This document shows positions 1 through 9,058 of a stretch of DNA of 62,643 nt, in pieces. Position numbers and translations under genes: made by a program. Numbering within the stretch: position 1 is the first letter of the stretch; each line of letters starts with the position of its first letter. This stretch comes from Rhodanobacteraceae bacterium. Lineage in GTDB: Bacteria; Pseudomonadota; Gammaproteobacteria; Xanthomonadales; SZUA-5. The DNA lies in the NCBI GenBank assembly GCA_043754435.1, contig JAYUUS010000020.1:1-62643 (forward strand), in the 5' to 3' direction. The notes beneath the pieces are model-generated. The model made no database searches. It saw only the letters and a list, made by a program, of their open reading frames with translations, and was not told the origin of the DNA.

Positions 1-254
1 CTCGCGGTGCGGCGATGACGCGTCAAGCGTTCTGGTATTTGCTCAAACGCTATGCCCTGCTTGCCGGCGTGCGCACGCTATCGCCGCACGTATTGCGGCA
101 TTCTTTCGCCACGCATTTACTGAATCATGGCGCGGACTTACGGGTTGTGCAGCTTCTGCTTGGGCATGTGGATTTGTCCACCACGCAAATTTATACCTAT
201 ATCGCGCGGGAGAATTTGAAGAAGCTGCACGCGCTGCATCACCCGCGGGGGTGA
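1..254 (+). CDS. xerD: Tyrosine recombinase XerD, C-terminal part (5' end outside window)
   Basis: The frame is open from the window edge. [36 protein letters not shown] matches the conserved XerD catalytic C-terminus. Confidence 0.85.
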   Translation, partial: RGAAMTRQAFWYLLKRYALLAGVRTLSPHVLRHSFATHLLNHGADLRVVQLLLGHVDLSTTQIYTYIARENLKKLHALHHPRG

Positions 255-257
255 GGG

Positions 258-572
258 CTATGCTGCATGCTTAAATTTTGCCATGAATTTAAGTTTTGGC
301 TGTAAACCAGCGCGTGCTGCCAGCCGCACCAACATATCCAAGCTGAAAACGTTGATTTTCCCGCGCTTTAGATCCGAAACCCGCGCCTGGGTCAAGCCTA
401 ATAATTTTGCTGCGGCCACTTGGGTCAAACCGCTTTGGGTGAGCCATTCACGCATTCCCATTAACGCTTCGGCACGGATAGTCATTTCCGCCGCTTTGTC
501 TGCCTCGTACAAGTCATAGAAGACGCCACGAGGGTCGCCTGGAATACCGGGAAGTTGCTTCTCAATGGTCAT
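258..572 (-). CDS. XRE-family HTH antitoxin (HigA-like)
   Basis: 104 aa with HTH segment LTQVAAAKLLGLTQARVSDLKRGK. It lies 3 bp downstream of a small toxin-like ORF. Confidence 0.7.
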   Translation of the reverse strand: MTIEKQLPGIPGDPRGVFYDLYEADKAAEMTIRAEALMGMREWLTQSGLTQVAAAKLLGLTQARVSDLKRGKINVFSLDMLVRLAARAGLQPKLKFMAKFKHAA

Positions 573-575
573 TAG

Positions 576-893
576 TTAGGCCTTAATTTCAAGGAGCCGA
601 CTTTTGGCGACTCGCAAATCTTGCAGTGAGGTTTGTTGTGAATTCTTTTGGAATGCGTGCAGTACATAAATCGCTTCAGCACGTCGGGCGTAATAAATAA
701 CTCGAAAAGCACCTGTCGTATCACGAACTCTGATTTCCTCCACACCTTTTGCGACGGTCTGCATCGGCTTCCAATCATCAGGGCGTTTGCCTTGTTGAAG
801 ATAGAACAACTGCAGGCCGATTTCGCTCTGGATCGCATCCGGGAACCCTCGAAGGTCCGCCCGGCTACTGCCAAGCCATTGGACGTTTTTCAT
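576..893 (-). CDS. RelE/HigB-superfamily toxin (phage Gp49-like)
   Basis: 105 aa. The core AFRVIYYARRAEAIYVLHAFQK is typical of Gp49/HigB-type toxins. The toxin-first gene order matches higBA. Confidence 0.65.
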   Translation of the reverse strand: MKNVQWLGSSRADLRGFPDAIQSEIGLQLFYLQQGKRPDDWKPMQTVAKGVEEIRVRDTTGAFRVIYYARRAEAIYVLHAFQKNSQQTSLQDLRVAKSRLLEIKA

Positions 894-923
894 GAGTCAT
901 GATATGCAGATAACCGCATAATA

Positions 924-1919
924 TCAAGGCGATTTTTCGCGTCTTTCAACTATGGCGTCTTCAACTGTGGCGTCTTCACCTGTGGCGTCTTCAATTAGTC
1001 TAAACCCAAAAAACCGCCCCAGTAGCTGCTCAACAATCACCCCACTCGCCCGTAACGGCACCGCCGCCTGATTTGCCTGCAGCCTGCCCGCCAAACTCGC
1101 CAAAAAAATCGCGATTTTGCCGCGCGCGGCAGCAGAAAATACGACTTCGACTTGCGCATACGTTGCACAGGCTTCGCTTATCATATTGACCGAGTCGGGT
1201 GTGACAATAATTCTAGCGGCGCTGCTAAGCCACGCTTGATAGGGGTTTTCGCCATCCTCAGCACTCGTCCAAACGCGAGCGCCTGAGGCACGAATCAGCG
1301 CTAAAAATTCGGGCGGTGTGCGGCGTGAGGCGCTGATGCAAAGGGCTTTGGCATCAAGCCTTTGCAGCAAATGTGCAAATTGCGCGGCTGTGTAGGGCGC
1401 GTTGCGGGTAGGCGCGCCAACTAATAGCAAGGTGTTTGCGGATCCCACTTGATCGGCTTGAGCGCGCCCTGCGGCTAGCCAGGCATCGTCAACATCGTTG
1501 AGTGCGCCGATCATGGCAAGCACATTCGGGGCGCTTAAACGATCATGCTCTGGGCACACAATCGCATCAAAACGGGCCGGGTCGCAGCGCGGCGCTAAAA
1601 TTTGCACCGTGCGCACCGCTGGCCGCGCGCGTTTGAGCGCGTCGAGCGCAATTGCGCCAGCGCGTCCACAGCCAATAGCGAATGTGCAATCTAGTGAATC
1701 CGCCAAATCGGGCATGGGCGTTAGATTGAGCGCAGCAAAGCGGGCACGGCGAAATCGCGGCGCAAAGGCGCGCTCCAGCGCGTTCAATTTGACGACAAAT
1801 TCGCGGCTTTGCAGGCCCAAACCGCGCGCAAGCACACGCGCCTGCTTGACATTACCGGCGGCACCGTCGGTTAAAATCCAGCAGTTCAAATTTCCACTCC
1901 GCTCAATCGTCATTGGCAC
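924..1919 (-). CDS. ELM1/DUF1022-family protein (putative glycosyltransferase-like)
   Basis: 331 aa. The N-terminus NCWILTDGAAGNVKQARVLARGLGL and overall layout resemble the ELM1 family. The C-terminus carries EDAT-type pentapeptide repeats. Confidence 0.55.
   Translation of the reverse strand: MPMTIERSGNLNCWILTDGAAGNVKQARVLARGLGLQSREFVVKLNALERAFAPRFRRARFAALNLTPMPDLADSLDCTFAIGCGRAGAIALDALKRARPAVRTVQILAPRCDPARFDAIVCPEHDRLSAPNVLAMIGALNDVDDAWLAAGRAQADQVGSANTLLLVGAPTRNAPYTAAQFAHLLQRLDAKALCISASRRTPPEFLALIRASGARVWTSAEDGENPYQAWLSSAARIIVTPDSVNMISEACATYAQVEVVFSAAARGKIAIFLASLAGRLQANQAAVPLRASGVIVEQLLGRFFGFRLIEDATGEDATVEDAIVERREKSP
951..995. repeat. Three tandem 15-bp units (tRtggcgtcttcaMY) inside the 3' end of the ELM1-like gene
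   Basis: Read directly: tatggcgtcttcaac / tgtggcgtcttcacc / tgtggcgtcttcaat. The units are in frame (15 bp, 5 codons). Confidence 0.9.
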
Positions 1920-2023
1920 ATTCCAGCCGCAACGGCGTATCCTGCGCGCTCAGCACAACGATTGCCGACCTCGCGGAAACGCGAATGCGGGCTCAAGTGC
2001 GACTGATAAATAAGTGAGAAATC

Positions 2024-2605
2024 ATGCCTGACGATGCTGCCTTAAATTTACTGTTTACCCAAGCCCGAACCCATAATGCCTGGCTGCCACGCGCAATTGA
2101 AAGCGGTGTGCTTGAACGCCTGTACGAGCTTGCCAAAATGGGCCCGACCAGCGCCAATTGCTCGCCCGCGCGCTTTGTATTTGTGCAAACGGCGGCGGCC
2201 AAAGCTAGGCTCAAGCCGACGCTGTTAGCCTCGAACGTGGAAAAAACCATGAGCGCGCCGGTGACCGTCATTATTGGCAGCGACCAAGCATTTTATGAGC
2301 GTCTGCCCGAGCTGTTTCCGCACGCTGACGCGAAAAGCTGGTTTGTCGGCAATCAAGCGTTGATTGAGGAGACGGCGTTTCGCAACTCCAGCCTGCAAGC
2401 GGCCTATCTAATGTTCGCCGCGCGTGCGCTGGGTTTGGACTGCGGGCCGATGAGTGGCTTCGATCAGGCAAAAGTGGACACTGAGTTTTTTGCGGGCACC
2501 TCGATCAAGTCCAACTTTCTGATTAACCTAGGCTACGGCGATGTGGCTGGTCTATTTCCGCGCAGCCCACGTTTGAGTTTTGCTGACGCATGCCAAGTGC
2601 TTTAA
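2024..2605 (+). CDS. Nitroreductase-fold malonic semialdehyde reductase RutE-like protein
   Basis: 193 aa. [16 protein letters not shown]...[16 protein letters not shown] matches the RutE/YdjA-type nitroreductase N-terminus. Confidence 0.7.
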   Translation: MPDDAALNLLFTQARTHNAWLPRAIESGVLERLYELAKMGPTSANCSPARFVFVQTAAAKARLKPTLLASNVEKTMSAPVTVIIGSDQAFYERLPELFPHADAKSWFVGNQALIEETAFRNSSLQAAYLMFAARALGLDCGPMSGFDQAKVDTEFFAGTSIKSNFLINLGYGDVAGLFPRSPRLSFADACQVL

Positions 2606-3306
2606 TGCCGTCGGATACGCCAAACACGCTAGAACTTTTAAGCGTGTTGGGCGTGCGCACCTTGGGGTTAACGCCTTATTTGCCGGTTTGGCGCGCGATG
2701 CAGAACTTTACCGACAGCCGCGATGAAAATACGCCGGACGAGCTATGGCTGACCGAGCACGAACCCATTTACACGCTTGGGCAAGCGGGCAAATTGGAAC
2801 ATGTGCTGAACCCCGGCGATATTCCCGTCTTGCCGGTGGACCGCGGCGGGCAGGTGACGTATCACGGGCCGGGCCAGTTGATGGCTTATCCACTAATTGA
2901 TTTACGCCGCCGTTCTTTAGGCGTGCGGGCGCTGGTCGATCTGATTGAAACCGCGACTTTAAATATGCTGCGCAGCTTTTGTATTGACGCGCAGCTAAAA
3001 CAAGGTGCGCCCGGCGTGTATGTAGGCGGTCAAAAAATTATGGCGCTGGGCCTGCGAATACGGCGCGGTGCCAGTTTTCACGGCCTTGCGCTGAATGTCT
3101 GCATGGATTTACAGCCGTTTTCGCGCATCAATCCCTGTGGCTATATCGGGCTGCGCCACACCAATTTGGTCGATGAAGGCGGGCCGGGCGATTTAAGTTT
3201 TGTCGGCGAGATGCTGCTGCAGGAATGGGCAAAAGCGTTGGCGTGTCAGCACATTGTGCGTCTGCCTAGCGAAATTCCTCAACCTCTGGAGCTAGCACAT
3301 GCTTGA
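2590..3306 (+). CDS. lipB: Octanoyltransferase LipB
   Basis: 238 aa with [17 protein letters not shown] and [25 protein letters not shown] motifs. The start is ambiguous (2590 or 2605). Confidence 0.9.
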   Translation: MPSALMPSDTPNTLELLSVLGVRTLGLTPYLPVWRAMQNFTDSRDENTPDELWLTEHEPIYTLGQAGKLEHVLNPGDIPVLPVDRGGQVTYHGPGQLMAYPLIDLRRRSLGVRALVDLIETATLNMLRSFCIDAQLKQGAPGVYVGGQKIMALGLRIRRGASFHGLALNVCMDLQPFSRINPCGYIGLRHTNLVDEGGPGDLSFVGEMLLQEWAKALACQHIVRLPSEIPQPLELAHA

Positions 3307-4162
3307 ATGGGAAACCGACTTAGGCGCGTATCGACTGAATGGTTTGTTCGCACCAAATTTAGCCGCGTCGAACCAAGTTACGCCCCGCTTGGCGCTGCAC
3401 GGTTGGCTCGATAATGCGGCCAGCATGACTGGGCTATTGACCGCATTGAATGCAAGCCATCCCGCACCGTCATTAGCGCTAGATTTTCCCGGCCACGGGC
3501 TGAGTAGCCATACCGCGCCCAATCACCACGCGCCGTTTGTGGATTATTTGGACGCGGTGCTGGCGGTGTTGGACGCACAAAATTGGCCGCAGGTCGATCT
3601 AATCGGGCATTCCATGGGCGGTGGTGTGGCGACATTGTTCGCGGCCGCATTCCCAGAAAAAGTGCGGCGCTTGCTGCTGTTGGACTCGATTGGGCCGCTT
3701 TCGGCCTCGCCGAACACCTTTGCCAGCGATTTGCGCCGGGGCTTAAACGCGCGCCGCCCGCCAAAAAAATCAGTCCCCACTTATGCTGACCCACAAAGCG
3801 CACTGACCGCGCGCGTCGGCGCGATTGGCATCAGCGAAGCGCAGGCCGCACCCATCGTTGAGCGCGGCATCATGCAGCTAAGCGACGGCCTTTGGCGCTG
3901 GCGCAGCGATGCGCGCTTAACCCAGCCATCGCCAACGCGCTTTAGCGAGGCGCAAGTGCTCAATGCCATCAGCGAAATCCGCGCGCCTACGCTCGTGATT
4001 TTAGCCGAACCGCGCGCCAGCTTTTTCGACCCAGCAACTGTTGACGCGCGCTTAAGCGCATTTAGCAACGCGGAAATCGTCAACATACCGGGTGGCCACC
4101 ATTTGCATGTGTGCCCGGATGCGGCGTTGGTTGACAAGGTGGCGGGGTTCTTTCGAGTTTAA
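3299..4162 (+). CDS. Alpha/beta-fold hydrolase
   Basis: 287 aa with nucleophile elbow GHSMGG and a C-terminal GGHHLH segment. Confidence 0.75.
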   Translation: MLEWETDLGAYRLNGLFAPNLAASNQVTPRLALHGWLDNAASMTGLLTALNASHPAPSLALDFPGHGLSSHTAPNHHAPFVDYLDAVLAVLDAQNWPQVDLIGHSMGGGVATLFAAAFPEKVRRLLLLDSIGPLSASPNTFASDLRRGLNARRPPKKSVPTYADPQSALTARVGAIGISEAQAAPIVERGIMQLSDGLWRWRSDARLTQPSPTRFSEAQVLNAISEIRAPTLVILAEPRASFFDPATVDARLSAFSNAEIVNIPGGHHLHVCPDAALVDKVAGFFRV

Positions 4163-4177
4163 GGCAGCATTGGCGGC

Positions 4178-4627
4178 GTGCTGACCGTCTATCAAGCCGC
4201 TACCAATGGTGCCTTAAACGGCGAACGCGTGTATCAGTTCATGGATCACTTGGGTTCTATTGAAGTGCTGACCGATCAAAACGCCAACATTACTCAAGGC
4301 AGTAGCTTTGACGCCTGGGGAGAGCGGCGCCAATACAACGGTGTGGCGATGGATCAACTGGCGCAAATGGCAGCCAACACCCGCAAAACCCGACGTGGGT
4401 TTACCGGCCACGAACAGGTGGATAGCGTCAATATTATCCACATGAACGGACGTATTTATGACCCTAAATTGGGCCGCTTCCCGCAAAGACGCCAAAGACA
4501 GCCAAGCTTAAATCGCTATAGCCTGCGTATCGAGGAACAATCAATTTTTCAATTAGGCCTAGCTAACACCAAAGGGCGCATGCTCCAAAATATTATTTTT
4601 GCAATCTTTTCTAGACTTGGAGTTTGA
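4178..4627 (+). pseudogene. Orphan remnant of an Rhs/YD-repeat core C-terminus
   Basis: YQFMDHLGSIEVLTD...FDAWGERR...RGFTGHEQVDSVNIIHMNGRIYDPKLGRF is the end of an RHS repeat-associated core. The LNRYS motif is still visible, then the frame decays. No upstream YD repeats and no toxin tip are present. Confidence 0.7.
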
Positions 4628-5658
4628 TAATGGCTCAATTTGCGATCACTGCAGCATGCGCAGGGATTTTTTTTACGGTTTGCTTGGTGCCGTATAGCGC
4701 GGCCCAGCGACCAATAGCAGCACCTAGCACCTACCGCGTATTAGAAAGTATCCAGCTAGTCGGCCCGGTGCGCTGGGATTACGTGGTGTTTGCACCGGAA
4801 ACACAACAGCTTTTTTTGTCGCGTTCTGATCATGTCGATGTTTACGATACTAAAGCTAAACGATTGCTGGGGATGGTTGAGAATACTCCAGGCATACACG
4901 GTATTGCCTTAGCGTCGGCTCTTAATCGCGGTTTTACCAGTAACGGTCACAGCGACAGCGTCAGCGTGTTTGCGCTAGACACCCTAAAAACGCTTGCTAC
5001 TGTGCCGGTAGGGAAACAGCCAGATGCGATTGTCTACGATGCTTTCAGCAAGCGGATTTTTACTGCCAATGAAGATGGGCACAACTTAACCACCATCGAT
5101 GCGGCATCATTGAAAGTGCTGGGTACTATTACGCTACCCGGCAAGCCTGAGTTTGCGGTGGTGGATGGCGCAGGCACGCTTTATGTCAATATTGAAACAA
5201 AAAATCAAATCGCTGTGGTCGATACCAAAAGCCTTAAGATAATCAGCACGATTGATGTTTCAGCAGCCTGCGTAGAACCTACTGGCTTGGCCATTGACGT
5301 AGTGAAGCGGCGGCTTTTTGCCAGCTGTCAAAATCAAAAAATGGTTATCGTGGACATTCAAACGGGTGCTTTGCTTATGGCTGTGGACATTGGCAAAGGT
5401 ACGGATGGCGCGGGTTTTGATAGCTCGCTGGGCCTAGCCTTCAGCGCGAACGGTGCGGGTACGCTTAGTGTTATTGCAGAAGATAAACCAGGGCATTTCG
5501 TACTTGCGCAAACGCTAAAGACTATTCCCAGCGCCCGCACGCTGGCGTTGGACGCCGTAAGTCATAAAATTTATTTGCCCGCAGCCGAACGTGAGCCCGG
5601 CAATAGTGGTCATAAGGCCAAAGCCGATTCATTTCGTGTGCTGGTGATTGGCCTATAG
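4624..5658 (+). CDS. YncE/YVTN-type beta-propeller repeat protein, secreted
   Basis: 344 aa with an N-terminal signal-like hydrophobic segment. Repeated blades are visible (GIALA.., PDAIVYD.., EFAVVDGAGTLYVN.., PTGLAID..). Confidence 0.6.
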   Translation: MIMAQFAITAACAGIFFTVCLVPYSAAQRPIAAPSTYRVLESIQLVGPVRWDYVVFAPETQQLFLSRSDHVDVYDTKAKRLLGMVENTPGIHGIALASALNRGFTSNGHSDSVSVFALDTLKTLATVPVGKQPDAIVYDAFSKRIFTANEDGHNLTTIDAASLKVLGTITLPGKPEFAVVDGAGTLYVNIETKNQIAVVDTKSLKIISTIDVSAACVEPTGLAIDVVKRRLFASCQNQKMVIVDIQTGALLMAVDIGKGTDGAGFDSSLGLAFSANGAGTLSVIAEDKPGHFVLAQTLKTIPSARTLALDAVSHKIYLPAAEREPGNSGHKAKADSFRVLVIGL

Positions 5659-5841
5659 CGCTAGTCCAAAACGCAGATCGGTCGGCCGAATTTGAGTGCC
5701 TACACCGATACCGATTTTGACGAGCGCCAAAAATTGGCTTGACTCGTCGCCAGCCCCATAGATCACCGGCAATATAAAAAGACGTGGCAGCCACGTAAAA
5801 ATCAGTACAGTTCAGGCTGAATCTTAAAAATAAGGCCATAA

Positions 5842-6537
5842 ATGCCACGTCTACATAAAGAACGCCACCTAGTTTCACGCATAGGCTGGCTGCGCGCCGC
5901 AGTGCTGGGGGCTAATGACGGCATTGTTTCCACCGCCAGCTTGATTCTAGGTGTTGCGGCAGCGTCTGCAGCGCGTGCCGATATTCTGGTGGCGGGCATT
6001 GCCGGATTAGTGGCGGGTGCGATGTCAATGGCGGCGGGCGAATACGTGTCGGTCAGTTCGCAATCCGATACTGAGCAAGCCGACTTAGCGCGGGAAAGCG
6101 CTGAGTTGGCAAGTCAGCCCGAGCATGAGCGCGAAGAATTGGCGCATATTTATGTTAAACGCGGCGTCGAAATTGGCTTGGCGCGGCAAGTGGCCGAGCA
6201 GCTGATGGCGAAAGATGCACTTGCCGCACATGCACACGATGAGCTGGGTATTTCAGATTTCAGCACCGCCCGGCCTATTCAAGCGGCGTTGACTTCCGCC
6301 GCGACCTTTTCCATCGGTGCCGCGATGCCGCTGATTTTGGTACTGGCGGCACCCGTTAAATCCCTAACCATTATGGTGTCGCTGGGTTCGCTCATGTTTC
6401 TGGCGTTGCTGGGTGCTGTGGGTGCGCGCGTGGGTGGCGCAAACGTTATGCGCGCTACGATTAGAGTCACGTTTTGGGGTGCGTTTGCAATGGCGCTGAC
6501 GGCGGGAATCGGTGCTTTGGTGGGTAAGGCGGTGTGA
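5842..6537 (+). CDS. VIT1/CCC1-family iron/manganese transporter
   Basis: 231 aa. WLRAAVLGANDGIVSTASLILGVAAA is followed by an acidic loop and C-terminal TM helices. Confidence 0.8.
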   Translation: MPRLHKERHLVSRIGWLRAAVLGANDGIVSTASLILGVAAASAARADILVAGIAGLVAGAMSMAAGEYVSVSSQSDTEQADLARESAELASQPEHEREELAHIYVKRGVEIGLARQVAEQLMAKDALAAHAHDELGISDFSTARPIQAALTSAATFSIGAAMPLILVLAAPVKSLTIMVSLGSLMFLALLGAVGARVGGANVMRATIRVTFWGAFAMALTAGIGALVGKAV

Positions 6538-6548
6538 GCTGCGCTGAG

Positions 6549-8048
6549 CTATTTTAGCTCTAAAACCAGATCCTGATCCGCCTGCATGAGTTTACGTACC
6601 GTTTCTATCCTGGGCTTACAGCTGTAGCAGCCATATTCAAGCTGGTATTGTTGGCCACGAAATGCAGCCACTTTTAACTGCCTAGTGCTGCTGCTACTGG
6701 TGCTTACCGAATATCCTATGCCAACACATCGTGGCGACACGTTTACCTCACCATCGTTTTTCTGCGCATGCGTGAACTCCAAGTTCACCCGCGACGATTC
6801 TGGAATTTCTGCCAGAACCACGGAGTGACCCACCGGAATGTCGTGCTCATTTGCGAGCGCACCCGCGCCGATACGCCAACGCACAGGAATTTTCTCAGTG
6901 CGCAGTAATTCGCATGTGATGTTATAGGGCCATATTGGGGGCGCATAGGATTTCACTACCCAATGCAGTTGATAGCGCCCAGGCACGATCTCGCTGCCAT
7001 AGCGCTCATCAAGTTTGTCTAATTCATCCGCATCTATATTGGAGTGCTGCGATGCAGCCTGATTCGGCTCGGCCAAATTGGACTCTGGCGCATCAATGCG
7101 CAGCCATTCTAGTTCGCCCAATAGGTTTATCGGTGTGCCAGCAGCGGTGATTGGCACCAAAGTAATTTTCGCCGTAGGCTGATAGCGCATATACACGCGT
7201 GCACTGGTGCCAGCGACCAAATCGAGCTCGCAGTTCCGCTTTTCATGCTCGGTGGAACAGGCGGGTTGATATCCTGGCAACTCTGGCCAAAGCAAGCGGT
7301 AATGTCCAGCGGGCAAATCGAGTGGAATGCCTGACGGTGTTACGCGAACGGTTCTAATGGGCTTTGCGATGGTAATCGCCTCAATCGTAAGCGAAACTTC
7401 TGCGGATGCTTTAGCGGTCGCGCCCGCTAGAGCGAACGAAAGTGTCAGACTTGCAGGTGCCAATTTGTCGTTGGCTAGCTGGCGCACAAACTGCACCAGA
7501 TAGGCGTTTTCGGGTGCTGCAAGCTGATAGATCGGATTAGTACAAGCGCCCTGCGCATACCAAATACGCTGCGTCCAGGTCGTAGGAATTTGATGAGTTG
7601 GCTGGACAGCTTCGGGATCAAGCGGAACCAAGCGCGCTTCCCAGGTCGCCTTTGGTTCGGCACGCGCAAAAAACAGAATCGAGTCGTTGACATGCAGAGC
7701 ATCGGGGATAGCGGTAATGTAATAGCGATCCTGAATTTGCTTGGTCGTTGGCGCACGTAGATAGCGCGTTACCGCGACTTCCACCAGTTGGGACGACGTC
7801 CAGTCCATCCGAGCTGTGTCACCTAAGCTGACTACTTTGGCCTCTGCGACGATCTCTGCTGCGCCAAATTCCTCTCGCGTCTGGGCATCGAATCGCTCTC
7901 GCATTTGGGCATCAATTTGCTGTCGCAGCTGGGGATCCATTTTCTGTATCACTTCAGGTGGCACGCTGACGGCACATTCGAGCGCCCATGCGCCGCTTGA
8001 CTGCAAAGTAAGTGCAATCAGACCAAAAACCGACGCAAATGATTTCAT
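6549..8048 (-). CDS. Hypothetical secreted protein (no family recognised)
   Basis: 499-aa uninterrupted ORF. It has an N-terminal signal peptide MKSFASVFGLIALTLQSSGAWA and no motif I can assign. Confidence 0.55.
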   Translation of the reverse strand: MKSFASVFGLIALTLQSSGAWALECAVSVPPEVIQKMDPQLRQQIDAQMRERFDAQTREEFGAAEIVAEAKVVSLGDTARMDWTSSQLVEVAVTRYLRAPTTKQIQDRYYITAIPDALHVNDSILFFARAEPKATWEARLVPLDPEAVQPTHQIPTTWTQRIWYAQGACTNPIYQLAAPENAYLVQFVRQLANDKLAPASLTLSFALAGATAKASAEVSLTIEAITIAKPIRTVRVTPSGIPLDLPAGHYRLLWPELPGYQPACSTEHEKRNCELDLVAGTSARVYMRYQPTAKITLVPITAAGTPINLLGELEWLRIDAPESNLAEPNQAASQHSNIDADELDKLDERYGSEIVPGRYQLHWVVKSYAPPIWPYNITCELLRTEKIPVRWRIGAGALANEHDIPVGHSVVLAEIPESSRVNLEFTHAQKNDGEVNVSPRCVGIGYSVSTSSSSTRQLKVAAFRGQQYQLEYGCYSCKPRIETVRKLMQADQDLVLELK

Positions 8049-8072
8049 TGCTTGCTCCGAACAGGATTTTAG

Positions 8073-8939
8073 TTATGCCGCCTGATCGCGCCCTGCATCC
8101 CGATACGCCACATAAATCAGCCAAATCCCAAATGCAATCATCGGCAGGCACAGGATTTGCCCCATAGTCAGCCATTTCAGCGCAACGAAGCCCAGCTGCG
8201 CATCAGGTTCGCGGAAAAATTCGACGATAAAACGCTGTATTCCATAAACTGCTACGAACATGCCGCCAGCGGCGCGGTACGGCCTAGGTTTGACGGTGTA
8301 AAACCACATGATCGCGGCTAGCACCACGCCTTCCAAAAACGCTTGGTAAAGCTGGGACGGGTGACGGGTAAAACCGTTCAGCGCACCGCTTTGATAGGCC
8401 TGCATTAGCGCTTCATGGCTATAACTTTCCAGCTCTGGCTGGCGTGGAAACAGCATGCCGATAGCCGCGTCCGTGCGCCGCCCCCACAGTTCACCGCCGA
8501 AGAAATTACCAAATAGCCGCACTGCGCCTAAACCGACCGGAATCAGCGGCGCGACAAAATCCAGTGCCGCAAAAGTCTTGTGGTCGTGCCGTCTAGCCCA
8601 AATGGCAAGCCCGATAATCACGCCAGCAAGGCCGCCGTGAAAGCTCATGCCGCCATCCCAGACTTTAAAGATTGAAAGTGGGTGCGCCTGAAATTCAGCG
8701 AAGTTGTAAAACAGCACATAGCCGATGCGCCCGCCAAGCACCCCAGACAGCAGCCCGAGGTAGCACATATCTTCCGCGTCCTGGCGGGTGAAGCCGCGCC
8801 AGCTGTCGCGTACGCGGCGGGTTGCTAAAAAGTACGCGAAGCCAACCGCGAATAAATAGCTTAAACCATACCAGCGCAGCGGTATTGGCCCCAAATGCAG
8901 AAGTACCGGGTCAATTTGATGCAAATAGGGCAGTGCCAT
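8073..8939 (-). CDS. lgt: Prolipoprotein diacylglyceryl transferase
   Basis: YGLSYLFAVGFAYFL..., HGGLAGVI and FGNFFGGELWGR motifs. The start is moved to the internal ATG (MALPYLHQIDPV...) at 8939. Confidence 0.9.
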   Translation of the reverse strand: MALPYLHQIDPVLLHLGPIPLRWYGLSYLFAVGFAYFLATRRVRDSWRGFTRQDAEDMCYLGLLSGVLGGRIGYVLFYNFAEFQAHPLSIFKVWDGGMSFHGGLAGVIIGLAIWARRHDHKTFAALDFVAPLIPVGLGAVRLFGNFFGGELWGRRTDAAIGMLFPRQPELESYSHEALMQAYQSGALNGFTRHPSQLYQAFLEGVVLAAIMWFYTVKPRPYRAAGGMFVAVYGIQRFIVEFFREPDAQLGFVALKWLTMGQILCLPMIAFGIWLIYVAYRDAGRDQAA

Positions 8940-8967
8940 ATTAGTCTCTAAGTCTTGGAATAGCATA

Positions 8968-9050
8968 TCGTCATTGCGAACGCAGTGAAGCAATCTCAAC
9001 GCGCGTCGAGTTGAAATCCAGATTGCTTCGCTTTGCTCGCAAAGACGAAG
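8968..9050. repeat. MITE/REP-like palindromic element, copy A (about 29-bp inverted arms)
   Basis: tcgtcattgcgaacgcagtgaagcaatct ... agattgcttcgctttgctcgcaaagacga. A second copy lies at 46397-46470. Confidence 0.85.
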
Positions 9051-9058
9051 TTAAAGTT

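Noticed and set aside
1-893. xerD plus the TA pair as the edge of an integrated mobile element
   Set aside because: The recombinase C-terminus matches housekeeping XerD rather than a phage-type integrase. No att-like repeats or tRNA target are visible.
5659-5841. A metal (Mn, yybP-ykoY type) riboswitch upstream of the VIT1-family transporter
   Set aside because: I could not find the conserved core sequences of that riboswitch. There is only a short palindrome, acgtggc-a-gccacgt, at about 5781-5795.
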